DNA of 25,081 nucleotides from Parcubacteria group bacterium (GTDB lineage Bacteria; Patescibacteriota; Minisyncoccia; JACQLN01): NCBI GenBank assembly GCA_016188765.1, contig JACPHE010000003.1, positions 1 to 25,081 of the forward strand, read 5' to 3'. Shown piece by piece: positions 23,858 to 25,081 of this stretch (position 1 is its first letter; each line of letters starts with the position of its first letter). The notes under the pieces were generated by a model. It saw only the letters and a program-made list of their open reading frames with translations, ran no database searches and was not told where the DNA came from. The position numbers and the translations under genes were made by a program.

Positions 23858-24937
23858 TCATTCCGATTTATTTATTTTTAACCCCAGTTCCTTTAACTGT
23901 TCCTGTGTAATTTCGGAGGGCGAGCCCATCATTAAGTCGCGCCCGTCACCGGTTTTGGGAAAAGCAAAAACCTCGCGGATGTTGGGTTCGCCCGCCAAGA
24001 TCATCACCAAGCGGTCAATTCCGGGCGCGATGCCGCCGTGGGGCGGCGCGCCGTAAGCCAAGGCCGAGAGCATATGGCCAAAATTCTTTATAATTTTTTC
24101 TTCGCCTAAGCCCATAATTTCAAAAACCTTTTTTAAGGGTTCGGGTTTATGGTTTCTAATGCTCCCCCCGCCCACTTCAAAGCCGTTTAGCACAATGTCG
24201 TACTGGGTGGTTAAAATTTCGCCGATATTTTCTTTTTTCATCAGCCAATCCAGATGTTCCGGCTTGGGCGCGGAAAACGGGTTATGTGTAAAGGTCCATT
24301 CGGTTTTCTTGCCCTCCGTAGCTTTAGCGGAGGAGGGTTCAAAGAAGGGAAAATCAATCACCCAGCCAAAAGCCAATAGATCCAGGTTGTTTTTGTCTTT
24401 TCTAAAGTCCGGCCTATCCGTGCCGTATTTTTCCATGGCTTCTTGGTAAGATATTCTCGGAAAAGGAATTTCTTGGATTTTTTTGTAGGGCGTTATTTTT
24501 TTAACCAGATCAATCAGTAACTTTTCGGTCAAGGCCATCACATCTTCTCTATCCACAAAAGACATCTCCAAGTCCAATTGGGTAAATTCGGGTTGCCTAT
24601 CGCCCCGAGTATCTTCGTCCCTAAAACATCGGGCGATTTGAAAATATCTTTCAAATCCGGCTACCATCAATAACTGCTTATATTGTTGGGGGCTTTGGGG
24701 CAGGGCGTAAAACTTGCCTGTCTCGCGGCGCGAAGGCACCACATAATCGCGCGCGCCTTCGGGCGTGGATTTGGTTAAAATCGGGGTTTCAATTTCTATA
24801 AAATCCTTAGCGGCCAACCATTGCCTGATAAACTGGACAACTTCGTGCCGCAAGCGGATATTTTTTTGCAACCGCGGGCGCAATAAATCAAGGTAGCGGT
24901 ATTTAAGCCGTGTTTCCTCGCCTATTTCCATCGGCAA
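23858..24937 (-). CDS. aspS: Aspartate--tRNA ligase, catalytic portion (short form without GAD domain; N-terminal OB domain out of frame)
   Basis: RLKYRYLDL, IETPILTKSTPEGARDY, LPQSPQQYKQ, CFRDEDTRGDRQPEFTQLDLEM, YDIVLNGFEVGGGSIR, APPHGGIAPGIDR. Confidence 0.93.
   Translation of the reverse strand: MPMEIGEETRLKYRYLDLLRPRLQKNIRLRHEVVQFIRQWLAAKDFIEIETPILTKSTPEGARDYVVPSRRETGKFYALPQSPQQYKQLLMVAGFERYFQIARCFRDEDTRGDRQPEFTQLDLEMSFVDREDVMALTEKLLIDLVKKITPYKKIQEIPFPRISYQEAMEKYGTDRPDFRKDKNNLDLLAFGWVIDFPFFEPSSAKATEGKKTEWTFTHNPFSAPKPEHLDWLMKKENIGEILTTQYDIVLNGFEVGGGSIRNHKPEPLKKVFEIMGLGEEKIIKNFGHMLSALAYGAPPHGGIAPGIDRLVMILAGEPNIREVFAFPKTGDGRDLMMGSPSEITQEQLKELGLKINKSE
24312..24337. repeat. Short palindromic element in frame within aspS
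   Basis: CCCTCCGTAGCTTTAGCGGAGGAGGG, encoding PSSAKATEG on the minus strand. Confidence 0.7.
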
Positions 24938-25081
24938 TTTCTCCTATCAATTCCACCACCCAGCCCGGCCGCAGTTTCTCCGCCGCGGCATAAACCTCTT
25001 TACCGGTCGGCGTGAACACACATTGCAAAACCCCGCTCCGGTCGCGCAGGTCTATAAAAATAATCTTGCCGTGGTCTCGCC
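24903..25081 (-). pseudogene. aspS: aspS N-terminal OB-fold fragment, out of frame with the catalytic part
   Basis: RDHGKIIFIDLRDRSGVLQCVF...LRPGWVVELIGEIA runs into TAA at 24905-24903, while EETRLKYRY is in another frame. Confidence 0.8.

Noticed and set aside
14141-24449. Numerous short plus-strand ORFs across the minus-strand gene run
   Set aside because: Shadow frames of well-supported genes.
1-25081. Alternative genetic code (UGA=Gly, code 25)
   Set aside because: pgk, rnhA, murJ, gltX and scpB end at TGA at the expected lengths, and no in-frame TGA interrupts conserved genes.
1-25081. tRNA, rRNA, transposase, integrase or reverse transcriptase genes
   Set aside because: None recognised. 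Any enzyme mobilising the repeat elements must be encoded elsewhere.

Overview
A 25-kb housekeeping region, probably from a Patescibacteria/CPR (Parcubacteria-like) genome. This is inferred from the DUF4012-like protein, the short GAD-less AspS, the membrane-anchored Ada-zinc-domain protein and leaderless-type starts. TGA serves as a stop, so the code is standard code 11. Plus strand: pgk, recJ, rnhA, rnpB, a DUF4012-like membrane protein, murJ, lepA, a small GC-rich ORF, a DPM1-like glycosyltransferase and an Ada-domain protein. Minus strand: a partial type II NADH dehydrogenase and the run aspS-scpA-scpB-S11 carboxypeptidase-mraY-D-aminoacylase-ftsW-murG-gltX-M23 peptidase. The unusual content is mostly non-coding. 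(1) An ~850-nt, GC-rich, densely hairpinned transcription unit (11654-12543) has its own sigma70 promoter and terminator and a 51-aa ORF with a sequestered SD. (2) The RNase P RNA is about 800 nt, roughly double the usual size, and carries two ~147-nt copies of one element that show compensatory changes. (3) A family of ~26-32-nt palindromes is inserted in frame in recJ, gltX and aspS and also lies in rnpB. (4) Short-period (7-10 nt) inverted-repeat cassettes fill gene junctions from stop to start and also sit in frame in lepA. (5) A ~103-nt rod-like RNA candidate has tandem G.A pairs. murG and aspS each show a frameshift plus loss of a conserved segment, which may be an assembly error. All structures were identified by eye; no folding or database search was run.
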